In this document: positions 46,987 through 56,410 of the stretch, in pieces
Layout: every line of letters begins with the position of its first letter
Numbering within the stretch: position 1 is the first letter of the stretch
Source of the DNA: Candidatus Aenigmatarchaeota archaeon
Lineage (GTDB): Archaea; Aenigmatarchaeota; Aenigmatarchaeia; CG10238-14; SCSR01
Length of the DNA: 64,000 nucleotides
Reading direction: 5' to 3'
NCBI GenBank assembly: GCA_038999725.1
Contig: JAWBWS010000003.1
Span: forward strand, 29,464-93,463
The notes under the pieces: generated by a model
The model's database searches: none
The model's input: the letters and a program-made list of their open reading frames with translations, nothing else
Told to the model about the DNA's origin: nothing
Program-made: the position numbers and the translations under genes

Positions 46987-47856
46987 TTAAAAAGCAAAAT
47001 TCATGAAAAGGAATAACAAGTCACCGAAAAATAAAGTGAAGACCAAAGCTAAAGGGAATGTTGGTGCAAATCTCACACCTTCTTTAATCCAAACAAATTT
47101 CTTCCCAGATTTTTTAATTTTTTCCAATTCTTTTTCGGTTATCCCTTCCCAAACTTTGCTTTCAAGCAAAACATCACCAACTTTAAGCTTCGAGATGTGG
47201 ATCTTTCTTTTGAACGCTTTCTCCTCAACAGCTTTAACAAAAATCCAGAGTAAAAACAAGAGGAAAGTTAGGGCCAAGGCCAAGAGAGAATTTGAAAATA
47301 TGAGATGAAAATTCACGGGTAATGCAAAGAAGTTGAAGAGCAAAATGTTTCCAAGAGAAAAGAGAAGAAATAAAGCTATTATTGAGGCTACAATAATTTT
47401 GGAGCTTGATTTCACATTTTTCAAAAACTCCTTGATAATTTTTTTGTTAAAGAGTGCGAGCACAAAAGCATAAACTAGCATGTAGGCAGCACCAACTATG
47501 AAAACATTCAAAAGGTAGCTGAAGGAAAAGGTGAAACGAAGATTTTTAGCCAAAGGTGAGATGAAGGGAGAAAAAAAGCCAATGGCAGCCAGAACTTTGG
47601 CATCACCACCTCCCCATTGCCCAAGTCTGTACATTAAAAAGCCAAAGGCGAGGAGAGAAATTCCGTGTAATAGACTTTCAATTAGGGGGACAAGGCTCAA
47701 CTCAAACAAACTTTTGAAAAAAGCCAAAATCAAAGCCAATGCAATCATGGTATGGGGAATTTCGTCAGGAATTTCAGTTGGCGTTATTTTGAGGTCAAAA
47801 GCTGCTGCTAGAGAAGAACCAAAAAGAGCGATTAAAAAACCAATTAATTCCAACAT
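46987..47856 (-). CDS. A24-family prepilin/preflagellin peptidase (FlaK/PibD-like) with C-terminal extension
   Basis: First Asp in AAAFDLK and second Asp in QWGGGDAKVLAAIG (GGGDxK signature). Confidence 0.6.
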   Translation of the reverse strand: MLELIGFLIALFGSSLAAAFDLKITPTEIPDEIPHTMIALALILAFFKSLFELSLVPLIESLLHGISLLAFGFLMYRLGQWGGGDAKVLAAIGFFSPFISPLAKNLRFTFSFSYLLNVFIVGAAYMLVYAFVLALFNKKIIKEFLKNVKSSSKIIVASIIALFLLFSLGNILLFNFFALPVNFHLIFSNSLLALALTFLLFLLWIFVKAVEEKAFKRKIHISKLKVGDVLLESKVWEGITEKELEKIKKSGKKFVWIKEGVRFAPTFPLALVFTLFFGDLLFLFMNFAF

Positions 47857-47893
47857 ATAAATTTATTTTGTAGCTTGAACTATTAAATTAGAG

Positions 47894-48040
47894 CTAAGAA
47901 TATTTTTTGAAACCAATCTTCTTCGCCTCTTCCCTAAAACATTGCCTGCAATAAAAAAGACCGTACTTGCTTATTATTCCTCTACCAACCCTCCCACACT
48001 TCCTACAAACCCTTCTTGCCTTTCCATATTTATGAGGCAT
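47894..48040 (-). CDS. rps14: 30S ribosomal protein S14 (uS14, Zn-ribbon type)
   Basis: Unlisted 48-aa [51 protein letters not shown]. Confidence 0.8.
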   Translation of the reverse strand: MPHKYGKARRVCRKCGRVGRGIISKYGLFYCRQCFREEAKKIGFKKYS

Positions 48041-48229
48041 TCAACCACCAAAATCTCCAAAAATCTCAACGATGTCCACAAATCCAAAGGCTTCCATTTT
48101 AACTATATGTTCAAAAACTCTTGTGTAAACTTTTTCGAAATCCTTTTCCATTTCAGCTTTCCTCAAAATTGCTCCATTCAGCTTCACCAGAATTTCATCT
48201 TCAATTTCACACAAAATTTCTTCACTCAA
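48041..48229 (-). CDS. 62-aa acidic hypothetical protein inserted between rpl5 and rps14
   Basis: Exactly fills the L5-S14 gap (overlaps L5 by 8 nt and abuts the S14 start); MSEEILCEIEDEILVKLNGAILRKAEMEKDFEKVY... Confidence 0.35.
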   Translation of the reverse strand: MSEEILCEIEDEILVKLNGAILRKAEMEKDFEKVYTRVFEHIVKMEAFGFVDIVEIFGDFGG

Positions 48230-48728
48230 TTATCTCCACCCCAAAATTGTTTTTCACCCATTCCATAGCCTCTTCTCTAGTGATTTTATGTTTTGTGGGT
48301 ATTTTTCTCTTCTGAATTCTTCTATATTTTATTCTGTAGCCACGCCTCTTTAAACTCACACAAACATCCAAACCAAACATACCAACTTCATGGGAATATT
48401 TCACTCCAGGTATGTCTATGTATTCCTTTATTCCAAAACTGAAATTTCCATCTTTATCAAACTGAGAAGATTTGAGTCTTTTTTCCACAGCATGTAGAGC
48501 CTTTTTTAAAAAATCTTCAGCTTCCTTCTTCCTTAGAGTTATCATAACCCCTACCGGCTTTCCTTTTGCAATTCCGAAAGTGCTTCTTTTCTTTGACTTT
48601 GTTATTGCAGGTTTCCTTCCAGTTAAAATTTCCAAGAGCTTCTTCGCCCTTTCAATTTTTTGAAGATCGCCAGCACATCCAATGTTGAGTGTGAGTTTAT
48701 CTATTTCAATTCTTCTCATGGGATTCAT
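48222..48728 (-). CDS. rpl5: 50S ribosomal protein L5 (uL5)
   Basis: Sequence pattern and operon position. Confidence 0.9.
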   Translation of the reverse strand: MNPMRRIEIDKLTLNIGCAGDLQKIERAKKLLEILTGRKPAITKSKKRSTFGIAKGKPVGVMITLRKKEAEDFLKKALHAVEKRLKSSQFDKDGNFSFGIKEYIDIPGVKYSHEVGMFGLDVCVSLKRRGYRIKYRRIQKRKIPTKHKITREEAMEWVKNNFGVEIIE

Positions 48729-49426
48729 TCAACCACCCTTATCACTGGGCTTTCTCTACCAACTAGAAAGAAATAGTCAAAAATGACTTCCAACATTTTA
48801 CCTTCACTTTCACATATAACTTTCCTGGGTTCAAGCGATCTCTTGACAACTATTTCCACAACTTTAGCAAGCTTTCCAGCATTTTTCCCTTTCAGTATTA
48901 GCCCTACTGCTCCCTTTTCTAGCTTGAAGTGGTCAAGAATCTTGAGAGAGGGTAATTCTACAAGGATAGAATCCCCAACCTTGTAAACATCTTCCTCCAC
49001 TAACAAATTTTTACCATCATGAAAGTTAAGTTGAGTCCTTCCTCCCTTCACAACCCTTTTATTCCTTATGTTTAAAATTTTCATGTTTGCTTCCTTTTCC
49101 GGAATTTCGATAAGCTTTAAACCCTTTTCAAAGGGGACAATTCTGTAATTTTTGTTCAACTTTGGGATTGAGATAACATCCATCAAGCCGGCAGGATAGC
49201 CTGGATCCTTTCTTGGTTTTCCATCAACCAAAATTTCCCCCATTTTAATTATCAATCTTGCCTCCCTTCCCTTCTCGACCAAACCCAAAATATCCCTCAC
49301 GATAACCAAAAGTGGAATGCATTCAAATTTCTTATGTGGCCCAGGACTTGGTGAAACTACCCAAGTAGTCAGTTTCTTCGGTACTTTCCAAAATTCTGGT
49401 GCTAAAAGTCTTTTCAACTTTCCCAT
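48725..49426 (-). CDS. rps4e: 30S ribosomal protein S4e
   Basis: 233 aa; S4e pattern; position between L24 and L5. Confidence 0.9.
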   Translation of the reverse strand: MGKLKRLLAPEFWKVPKKLTTWVVSPSPGPHKKFECIPLLVIVRDILGLVEKGREARLIIKMGEILVDGKPRKDPGYPAGLMDVISIPKLNKNYRIVPFEKGLKLIEIPEKEANMKILNIRNKRVVKGGRTQLNFHDGKNLLVEEDVYKVGDSILVELPSLKILDHFKLEKGAVGLILKGKNAGKLAKVVEIVVKRSLEPRKVICESEGKMLEVIFDYFFLVGRESPVIRVVE

Positions 49427-49430
49427 TTTC

Positions 49431-49802
49431 TCACTTCTTTATTTTTCTTTCAAGCATCTCCACCCTTTTCTTATCATCTAAATTCAAGCTTATAATCTTT
49501 AAATTTGAGGGATGAATTGGAACTTGAACTTCAGCTCCTGTTGTTTTCTTTCTCGTTACACCTTCTATATAGACTTTGTAATTTTTCAAGTCAACTTTTG
49601 AAATCTTTCCCCTTTTTCCCTTGAAAGCTCCAACCATAATTTCAACTTCATCTCCTTTTCTCACAGGTAAACTCCTTCTCTTGTATTTTTCTCTTAGCTC
49701 TTTTGACAAATGGGCTGCCATCATCTTTCTCCTTACATGTAGAGGAGCTGTAAGTAAAAACTTCCTTTGTTTCCTCGCCTTTTTGGATTTTGGTCTTTTC
49801 AT
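49431..49802 (-). CDS. rpl24: 50S ribosomal protein L24 (uL24)
   Basis: KOW motif GDEVEIMVGAFKGKRGKI. Confidence 0.85.
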   Translation of the reverse strand: MKRPKSKKARKQRKFLLTAPLHVRRKMMAAHLSKELREKYKRRSLPVRKGDEVEIMVGAFKGKRGKISKVDLKNYKVYIEGVTRKKTTGAEVQVPIHPSNLKIISLNLDDKKRVEMLERKIKK

Positions 49803-50201
49803 TCAAACCACCATGCTTGCAATTTTTCCTATTGATGAAAATCTCTCTACAGCTTCCTTTGCCACGGGCCCTTTTATTTCTGTCCCTTTTGGTTCAAAAT
49901 TCTCATCAACTATAACTGCAGCATTATCTTCAAAACTCACCCTGAGCCCAGAGGGTCTTCTGTATTCAGCCTTTTGCCTTATTATAACAGCATTAACAAC
50001 CTGTTTCCTCATCTTTACTTCACCTTTTTTAACAGAGCATTTAACAACATCACCAACACCAGCTCTCGGTTGTCTCCTTCTCACTCCCTTGTAACCAAAA
50101 ACAGAAATTATTTGCAAAACTTTAGCTCCAGTATTATCCGCACAATTCAAATAACTTCCGACATTCAAAGCTTTTGTCACACTCGCCTTAACAGCTTTCA
50201 T
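49803..50201 (-). CDS. rpl14: 50S ribosomal protein L14 (uL14)
   Basis: NCADNTGAK...IIRQK conserved pattern. Confidence 0.9.
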   Translation of the reverse strand: MKAVKASVTKALNVGSYLNCADNTGAKVLQIISVFGYKGVRRRQPRAGVGDVVKCSVKKGEVKMRKQVVNAVIIRQKAEYRRPSGLRVSFEDNAAVIVDENFEPKGTEIKGPVAKEAVERFSSIGKIASMVV

Positions 50202-50578
50202 TTCCCTCTCCTCTCTACCACTTCAACCACGACAAAAGCTTTAGTCTTGCTCAAAGCTCTACACTCGGCTATTTTAACTATATCACCCTCCTTCGCATCT
50301 ATGCATTCTGGATTATAAGCAGCAATTCTCGAATGTCTTCTTTCATATCTTTCATACTTTGGAACATAGTGTAAATAATTTCTTTCTATTATTGCAGTTT
50401 TTTGTGCTTTTGTTGAAACAACTTTACCTTGAAGTATTTTTCCACGAATTTTCAAGTGACCATGAAAAGGACACTTCCTATCCTTACAAACTGATTTGGG
50501 TGGGTTAACATCTATACCAATATCCCTTGTTGTTTTTTCTTTCAATTTCTCACCTTCGGGCTTAAATTTTATTTTCAT
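50198..50578 (-). CDS. rps17: 30S ribosomal protein S17 (uS17)
   Basis: [40 protein letters not shown]. Confidence 0.85.
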   Translation of the reverse strand: MKIKFKPEGEKLKEKTTRDIGIDVNPPKSVCKDRKCPFHGHLKIRGKILQGKVVSTKAQKTAIIERNYLHYVPKYERYERRHSRIAAYNPECIDAKEGDIVKIAECRALSKTKAFVVVEVVERRGK

Positions 50579-50657
50579 CCAATATTTTAATCTTTTGGAT
50601 TTTGAACTTTTAATTCTTTAAAAATATAGGATAAAAGTTTATAGGATTTTGGATGAG

Positions 50658-50942
50658 TCACCATCTCATAAACTTCTTTTTAATCCTATCTTCAGGTCTT
50701 GCCACCAAGATTTTACCTTCTACTTCAACTTTTTCACCAGAAGGTAAAGTGAAAATGAAAACAGAGTTTGCCTTCGGTATTATTTTTTCTCTCCCTTCTT
50801 CCGTTTCTATCTTGAAGGTTTTATAGGTTTCATCTATGATTTTACCTTTCAAACCTTTTTGTGTGGGGTCGGTAGATTTAGCTATTTTAACCTCTAAACC
50901 AATTAGCTCATGTCTAACCAAGTTTTTTGGTGTTATTGGCAT
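50658..50942 (-). CDS. rnp1: RNase P protein component 1 (Rpp29/Pop4)
   Basis: LIGLEVKIAKSTDPTQKGLKGKIIDETYKTFKIETEEG is Rpp29-like; canonical position between L29/SUI1 and S17. Confidence 0.7.
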   Translation of the reverse strand: MPITPKNLVRHELIGLEVKIAKSTDPTQKGLKGKIIDETYKTFKIETEEGREKIIPKANSVFIFTLPSGEKVEVEGKILVARPEDRIKKKFMRW

Positions 50943-50962
50943 AAGATAAATTTTAATTGAAT

Positions 50963-51298
50963 TTAACTTATCTCTATCTGTTCAGCTTGATAGCCAAGTT
51001 TGATGAGCAAGTCTTTAAGTTTGTTCCTGTGGTCACCTTGAAGTTCTATGTGGTTGTTTTTAAAAGTTCCTCCACAAGCCAATTTTGATTTTAAATGAGA
51101 AGCAATTTCTTTAGCATTTTCCTTTATACCCTCAATTATTGTTATTGGTTTGCCAAACTTCCTCTTTTCTATGTAAATCTTTATCTTCTCTTCTTCCCTT
51201 TCTAAAGCTCTGCAAGTACAAAGCTCTGTAGGTAAACCACACTTTGAACAAATTCCAAGAGATGCAGGAGCTCCACAAGTTGGGCAAACCTCTGTCAT
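50963..51298 (-). CDS. translation initiation factor SUI1 (aSUI1/eIF1) with N-terminal zinc finger
   Basis: CPTCG...CSKCG N-terminus; SUI1 core KIKIYIEKRKFGKPITIIEGI...LKSKLACGGTFKNNHIELQGDHRNKLKDLLIKLGY. Confidence 0.8.
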   Translation of the reverse strand: MTEVCPTCGAPASLGICSKCGLPTELCTCRALEREEEKIKIYIEKRKFGKPITIIEGIKENAKEIASHLKSKLACGGTFKNNHIELQGDHRNKLKDLLIKLGYQAEQIEIS

Positions 51299-51300
51299 CT

Positions 51301-51540
51301 CTACTTCTTTCCCTCTCTTCTTTCTTTTTTTATTGTAAGGATTCTAGCAATGGTCTTTCTTATTTGTCTTATTCTTCCAGGATTTTTTATAGGCCTCCCC
51401 AATTTTATGTTTCCCCGTTCTTTAAGAAGTTCTAATTTTAGTTCAGAAAGCTTTTTATCCAATTCTTCTTCTTTGAGTTCTCTCAGCTGTTTAATCGCCT
51501 TCAACAACCTTTTCCTCCTTTCTTTCTTTTTCTTTTTCAA
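51301..51540 (-). CDS. rpl29: 50S ribosomal protein L29 (uL29)
   Basis: LRELKEEELDKKLSELKLELLKERGN. Confidence 0.8.
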   Translation of the reverse strand: MKKKKKERRKRLLKAIKQLRELKEEELDKKLSELKLELLKERGNIKLGRPIKNPGRIRQIRKTIARILTIKKERREGKK

Positions 51541-52153
51541 CTATAAATTCTTTTTCTTCCCCACCTTTCTCAAATACAAATTCCTTTGGCATCTTTTTCA
51601 TTATCTTCACTTCTATCCCAACTATTCCAGGTTTAATTTTGGCCTGTGCATAGCTAGTTTCAACAAGTGTTTCAGCATAATCACCAGAAAAAGCCACAAA
51701 CCCTTTTTTAAATTTCTGAAATCTTGATCTTTCTTTACCAGCAAGCTTTCCTCCAATCTTAATTTGAACTCCTATAGCACCGGCCTTCATCACCTCATCT
51801 AAATAGTAATTTGCAACTTTCTTGTAGTTTATTCCCCTTTCAATTGCATTCGCAACCCTTCTTGCAACTATGTGCGCATCCAGGAAAGGATTTGCAACTT
51901 CCTTTACATCGATAAGCGGATTTTCAAAATTAAACTTCTTTTTTATTTCTTCAGTTATCTCTTCAACTTTCTTTCCAGACCTTCCAACCACAAGACCAGG
52001 TTTATGAGCAAAAATTATGAGCCTTGTTCCCAAGGGTGTTCTCTGGATTTCTGTATGACTGTACCCAGCCTTCTCAAATTTCTTTGCCAAATAAGCTTCA
52101 ACCTCGGATTCTTTTATTCCTTCCTTAACAAAAATCTTCTCGGTTGCCATCAT
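51491..52153 (-). CDS. rps3: 30S ribosomal protein S3 (uS3)
   Basis: KH domain plus the S3 C-terminal domain; the annotated overlap with L29 suggests an alternative L29 start. Confidence 0.9.
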   Translation of the reverse strand: MMATEKIFVKEGIKESEVEAYLAKKFEKAGYSHTEIQRTPLGTRLIIFAHKPGLVVGRSGKKVEEITEEIKKKFNFENPLIDVKEVANPFLDAHIVARRVANAIERGINYKKVANYYLDEVMKAGAIGVQIKIGGKLAGKERSRFQKFKKGFVAFSGDYAETLVETSYAQAKIKPGIVGIEVKIMKKMPKEFVFEKGGEEKEFIVEKEKERKEEKVVEGD

Positions 52154-52560
52154 CTTTCCTCCAGCTCTACAGTTAAATTAACGGCTTTCCTCCTTTGCCT
52201 TCGAAGATGCCATAAACTTCTCGGCCTGTAGAATCTTAAGCCTTTATCTGCTTTTATTTCTTTGAGAAAAAGCCTACCAGGATTCAACCCCTTTTGTCTT
52301 GCGTTGGCTTCAGCTGTTTTCAGGAGTTCCAAGAACTTGTTTGCGGCTTTTGTGTAGTACTTTCCTTTTATGTTTATTTTCTTGGAGAGCAAATCTTCCA
52401 AAAATTTTTTTGCTTTCTCAAGTTTTTTTCTTTTCAAACTTTTACAAAGGACTAGAGAGTGCTTCAAAGAGATTCTTGCATTTGAGATTTTTGCTGTTGC
52501 TGTTTTCATGTTATCACTATGTTGGCTTGGCCGCATAGAACTTGCTTCCTCTGGTAGCAC
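52150..52560 (-). CDS. rpl22: 50S ribosomal protein L22 (uL22); probable start at the internal Met (MKTATAK)
   Basis: KYYTKAANKFLELLKTAEANARQKGLNPGRLFLKEIKADKG. Confidence 0.85.
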   Translation of the reverse strand: MLPEEASSMRPSQHSDNMKTATAKISNARISLKHSLVLCKSLKRKKLEKAKKFLEDLLSKKINIKGKYYTKAANKFLELLKTAEANARQKGLNPGRLFLKEIKADKGLRFYRPRSLWHLRRQRRKAVNLTVELEER

Positions 52561-52954
52561 CTATTCCTGGGGCAGAATGCTTCACCCTTTTTATTGGAAT
52601 GGAAAATTCACCAAGTCTGTGACCAACCATTTCTGGAGTGATGTAAACACTCACCCACTCTTTACCATTGTAAACACCAAGCTTGGCACCAATCATCTGA
52701 GGCAAAATTATCATATCCCTCAGATGGGTCTTGTGGAAACCATCTGGATTTTTCTTTATTTCTTCCAAAAGCTTTTTTTGATTTTCTTGCAAACCCCTTT
52801 TAAGGGTTCTTCTTTCTTTTGCAGTTAGCAACTTGGCAAATTCTTCTATACTCATCTGTTTGAGTTCTTCTAAAGTTTTGCCCCTGAAAGTGAAAACCTT
52901 TGCCATCCTAACCACCCTTTTTCCTTCCCATCCTCTTTGGACTGATTGAACCAA
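52517..52954 (-). CDS. rps19: 30S ribosomal protein S19 (uS19)
   Basis: GVYNGKEWVSVYITPEMVGHRLGEFS. Confidence 0.9.
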   Translation of the reverse strand: MVQSVQRGWEGKRVVRMAKVFTFRGKTLEELKQMSIEEFAKLLTAKERRTLKRGLQENQKKLLEEIKKNPDGFHKTHLRDMIILPQMIGAKLGVYNGKEWVSVYITPEMVGHRLGEFSIPIKRVKHSAPGIGATRGSKFYAAKPT

Positions 52955-53612
52955 CCTTTGCTCCTGGTGGTGTTGAACGCTTCACAGCTTTTGAAGGTCT
53001 CGGCCTCTTACTCTTCCCACCATAAGGATGATCTGTTGGAGTCATGGCAACTCCCGCAGTTCTTGGGTAAAGTTTACCTCTTGCCATCATAGCATGCAAC
53101 TTCTTACCAGCTTTAATCCAAGGCTTCTCAACCCTCCCACTCCCTGCAGGCACGCCAATGGTTGCTCTGCATTCACCAGGTAGTTCAACAATCTTTCCAG
53201 ATGGGAATTGAATTTTAACCTTACCTCCAACTTTACCAATAACAAGTGCAAAAGTCCCACTAGCTCTACAAAGCTTTGGTCCAGATCCGGGATAAGTTTC
53301 CACACAAAAAATTTTTGTTCCTTCAGGAATTTGAGATAGGGGTAAAACATTTCCAACCAAAGGCTCGCCACCATAGGTTATAACATCGCCTGCTTTCAAA
53401 CCTTCTGGTGCCACATGCAGCACTTCTTTTCCATCTTCAAATTTTACTATTGCCACGGGGGCACTTCTCCCAGGGTCATGAACTATATCTTCAACTTTAC
53501 CACTTATTCCCATAATAGGCAAATACTCAACTCTACCTAAATACCTGTGGCTTGGTGCTCTATACCTTGGACCACCTTTTCCTCTAGCTCTTGGAATTAT
53601 TCTTTTCCCCAT
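52908..53612 (-). CDS. rpl2: 50S ribosomal protein L2 (uL2)
   Basis: AMTPTDHPYGGKSKRPRPSKAVKRSTPPGAKVG is the L2 C-terminal signature. Confidence 0.9.
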   Translation of the reverse strand: MGKRIIPRARGKGGPRYRAPSHRYLGRVEYLPIMGISGKVEDIVHDPGRSAPVAIVKFEDGKEVLHVAPEGLKAGDVITYGGEPLVGNVLPLSQIPEGTKIFCVETYPGSGPKLCRASGTFALVIGKVGGKVKIQFPSGKIVELPGECRATIGVPAGSGRVEKPWIKAGKKLHAMMARGKLYPRTAGVAMTPTDHPYGGKSKRPRPSKAVKRSTPPGAKVGSISPKRMGRKKGG

Positions 53613-53701
53613 TTCGACACCGGTATTAATTAATTATGATTTGAATAAAATGAATTTTTAATATTTTTAAAGATTTGTGCCAACTGAAATTAAAAACAAG
53701 A

Positions 53702-53962
53702 TTAAACAATTCCAAGTTTTGTTGCCACATCCCTAGCCTTAAATTCTGGTTTAAGTTTGATGTAGGCCTTTTTCTCACCTTTGAAAGTTATTTCTGTGTT
53801 CACCTTTTCAACTTTCACCTCAAACAATTTCTCGAAGGCTTCTTTTATTTGTTTTTTATTCGCTTTCCTATCAACAATAAAAACTATTTTATTCTCCTTA
53901 TCAATCATTCCCACAGACTTTTCTGTTGTATAAGGATACTTCAAAATCTTGTAAGGATCCAT
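53702..53962 (-). CDS. rpl23: 50S ribosomal protein L23 (uL23)
   Basis: YPYTTEKSVGMIDKENKIVFIVDRKANKKQIKEAFEKLFEVKV. Confidence 0.85.
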   Translation of the reverse strand: MDPYKILKYPYTTEKSVGMIDKENKIVFIVDRKANKKQIKEAFEKLFEVKVEKVNTEITFKGEKKAYIKLKPEFKARDVATKLGIV

Positions 53963-54742
53963 CTACCTTTCCCCCAATTTTTCTATTGCAGATTTTGACC
54001 AGATTGTGAGCCTTCCAGGCACACCACCAGGAGCAAGGATTTCTACATTCAAATTTTGAACCAAACAAACATCCAGTCTCAAGTTCTTTGCAGCCTTGGT
54101 TATACCTTTGTCCTCACTCACGATTATAAGAGGACCAACCTTTTTCTTATATCTTTTACCTTTTATCTTCTTTTCTTTTATTCTCTTCAATTCTTCTTCA
54201 AGCCCGACTTCCTTCAAGAATTTCAGCAATTCTTTACTTTTCTTTACTTCTTGAATTTTATCTTCAACAACTAAAGGCAACTCTTTTAATTTCTCAATCT
54301 TGTGTCCTCTTTTCAGAACAATTTCTTTCATCGCAGTTGCTGCTATAGCAGATTTTATCGCCTTCTTCCTCTCCTTTTCATTTATTTTTTGTTCCCAAAT
54401 CTTCTCAACTTTTGGTGGGTGTGCTTCTCTTCCTTTAACAGCTTGAGGCACAAATCTAGCTCTAAACATTTGTTGCAAAGGAATTTTCCCATGTAAGCGA
54501 GGCATTCTTGCCATTTCTCTTGACATCATCGTCCAGCGATGTCTTCTGTACCCATGGTAATGAGCAGATGTTCTTTTTCCAGCCATGACATCAGTACCAT
54601 AAGCTTGACGCTTGTTGGCTTGTATGGCTAAGAAAGCTCTTCTTATCAAATCTTCTCTCAAAGGCTCTTGAAAAACTTTTGGCAACTCCACTTCACCCAC
54701 CATTTTTCCTTGTAAGTCAAACAAGCCAGCTTTCATTTCCAA
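53963..54742 (-). CDS. rpl4: 50S ribosomal protein L4 (uL4)
   Basis: Size and pattern; position between L3 and L23. Confidence 0.85.
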   Translation of the reverse strand: MEMKAGLFDLQGKMVGEVELPKVFQEPLREDLIRRAFLAIQANKRQAYGTDVMAGKRTSAHYHGYRRHRWTMMSREMARMPRLHGKIPLQQMFRARFVPQAVKGREAHPPKVEKIWEQKINEKERKKAIKSAIAATAMKEIVLKRGHKIEKLKELPLVVEDKIQEVKKSKELLKFLKEVGLEEELKRIKEKKIKGKRYKKKVGPLIIVSEDKGITKAAKNLRLDVCLVQNLNVEILAPGGVPGRLTIWSKSAIEKLGER

Positions 54743-55714
54743 TCACTTCAATATTTCTTTTATTTCTGGTATAAGAAATCTTGCTTTTGGAGGCCTTATT
54801 CCTGCTCTCAATCTTATGAGCCTCTTATTTGGTCCAGGGACGGAGCCTTCCAAGAGCAAGTAATTGCTCTTGATAACACCATAATTTTTAAAACCGCCTT
54901 TAGGGTTGACTTCTTCTCCATTTTCACCAATCTTCAAAATCCTTTTATTGAATTCTGTTCTTGTTTGAAAACCGAGCTGGCCAGCCATTGGGACTGTATA
55001 CCTAACTTTTCCAGGCTGTTCTTGACCCAAAGTTCCAACATGTCTTCTCTTTTCTTTCGCATGTCTAGATTGGATAAAAACACCAAACCTTTTAACAGGG
55101 CCAGCAGTTCCTTTTCCTTTAGTTACTGCTATAACATCAACATACTCACCTTGTCTAAAAACATCAGAAACTTTTAACTCCTTTCCTAAAATTTGCTTGG
55201 CAAACTCAAATTTTTCTCTAATTTCTTTACCACCAACTTCAATTTCAAAAACTTCAGGCTTTTTCTTACCAAGACCGGAAGTTTTGGGTTGGGTGGCAAC
55301 AATAAGTCTAATCTTGGAAATCTTATCTAAGTTTTTTTCTATTTCATTGAGATTTTCTTCATTTGGCCTAACTTTGGTTTTTCTCTCTATTTCTTTTGGC
55401 AAATTTTTCATCCAAGCTTCTGTCAACACTTGAAGGCCCTTTCTTGTGAGTTTGTAAGCTCTTATTCCAACTACTTTTAAAGGCGGACATTCCAACACAG
55501 TTGCTGGGACTGCAATTTCTTGACCAAAGGTGGGAGAACTTTTAACATTGTCTATCAAAATCACGGTAGTCATCCCAGCCTTATAACCAGCAAAATCTAA
55601 GAGCTTTGGTTTTTCTGTTTCCGGATAGGTAGAAACAGTTGGATAAATCCTCTTAGCTCTCTTCCTAGGATAAAATTGAAGCGAGCCTTTTCTTGGTCTT
55701 TTTACAGCCGGCAT
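54743..55714 (-). CDS. rpl3: 50S ribosomal protein L3 (uL3)
   Basis: FAGYKAGMTTV...GKGTAGPVKRFGV... Confidence 0.9.
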   Translation of the reverse strand: MPAVKRPRKGSLQFYPRKRAKRIYPTVSTYPETEKPKLLDFAGYKAGMTTVILIDNVKSSPTFGQEIAVPATVLECPPLKVVGIRAYKLTRKGLQVLTEAWMKNLPKEIERKTKVRPNEENLNEIEKNLDKISKIRLIVATQPKTSGLGKKKPEVFEIEVGGKEIREKFEFAKQILGKELKVSDVFRQGEYVDVIAVTKGKGTAGPVKRFGVFIQSRHAKEKRRHVGTLGQEQPGKVRYTVPMAGQLGFQTRTEFNKRILKIGENGEEVNPKGGFKNYGVIKSNYLLLEGSVPGPNKRLIRLRAGIRPPKARFLIPEIKEILK

Positions 55715-55788
55715 TTTTCATTCCCTGAAATAATGATTAGAAATGGAATAAATAAAAAGGTTTAAGGATTGGGTCAGAATAAATAATT

Positions 55789-56298
55789 ATGGAAGAAAAG
55801 CCTTGTGTTTTTTGCCAGATTGTTGCTAAGCAAATTCCTGCAAGAATTGTTTATGAAGATGAGGATTTTATGGCATTTTTAGATATAAGGCCGCTAAACC
55901 CTGGGCACACTTTACTGATTCCAAAGAAACACTATCGTTGGGTTTACAATGTTGAAAAATTTGAAGAAATGTGGAAAGCTGTGAAGAAAGTAACTTCTGC
56001 AATCATTTCGGCTTTAAATCCGCTTTCAGTTTCTTACGCAACTTTGGGTTTTGAAGTTCCACATGCCCACATCTGGATCATACCAAGGTTTGAAAATGAT
56101 GGACATGGTGGAGCAATAGATTGGAGTGCTGTGAAAGAAATTCCCCCACAACAAATGGATGAGATTGCTAAAAAAATAAGGGAAAAAATTCCAGAGGAAC
56201 CGAAGAAAGTGGAAGAGAAAGTGGAAGAGAAAAAAGAAGAAAAAGAGAGAAGCGAAGAAGAAATATGGTTGATAAGGAGGGAACTGGAAATTACTTGA
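55789..56298 (+). CDS. HIT-family (histidine triad) hydrolase with Lys/Glu-rich C-terminal tail
   Basis: CVFCQI N-terminus and histidine triad VPHAHIWIIPR. Confidence 0.75.
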   Translation: MEEKPCVFCQIVAKQIPARIVYEDEDFMAFLDIRPLNPGHTLLIPKKHYRWVYNVEKFEEMWKAVKKVTSAIISALNPLSVSYATLGFEVPHAHIWIIPRFENDGHGGAIDWSAVKEIPPQQMDEIAKKIREKIPEEPKKVEEKVEEKKEEKERSEEEIWLIRRELEIT

Positions 56299-56385
56299 TT
56301 TCAAATCGAAGCAGAAGCTAAATATAAATCATTTTCAAAACACATTTGGCGTCAATTTCATTTGAAACATGAAGACAATAAATAA

Positions 56386-56393
56386 TTTAAAAA
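56386..56393 (+). promoter_or_regulatory. TATA-box-like element (tttaaaaa) about 22 nt upstream of tRNA-Gly
   Basis: Centred about -22 relative to the tRNA 5' end, close to but short of the typical archaeal promoter position (-26/-27). Confidence 0.3.
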
Positions 56394-56410
56394 GCATTTT
56401 GAATATTAAT

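Noticed and set aside
53087-53374. 95-aa minus-strand ORF inside rpl2, and similar ORFs in other ribosomal genes (51872..52231, 52370..52828, 54056..54496)
   Set aside because: They are alternate-frame or antisense ORFs within highly conserved ribosomal protein genes and are taken to be spurious.
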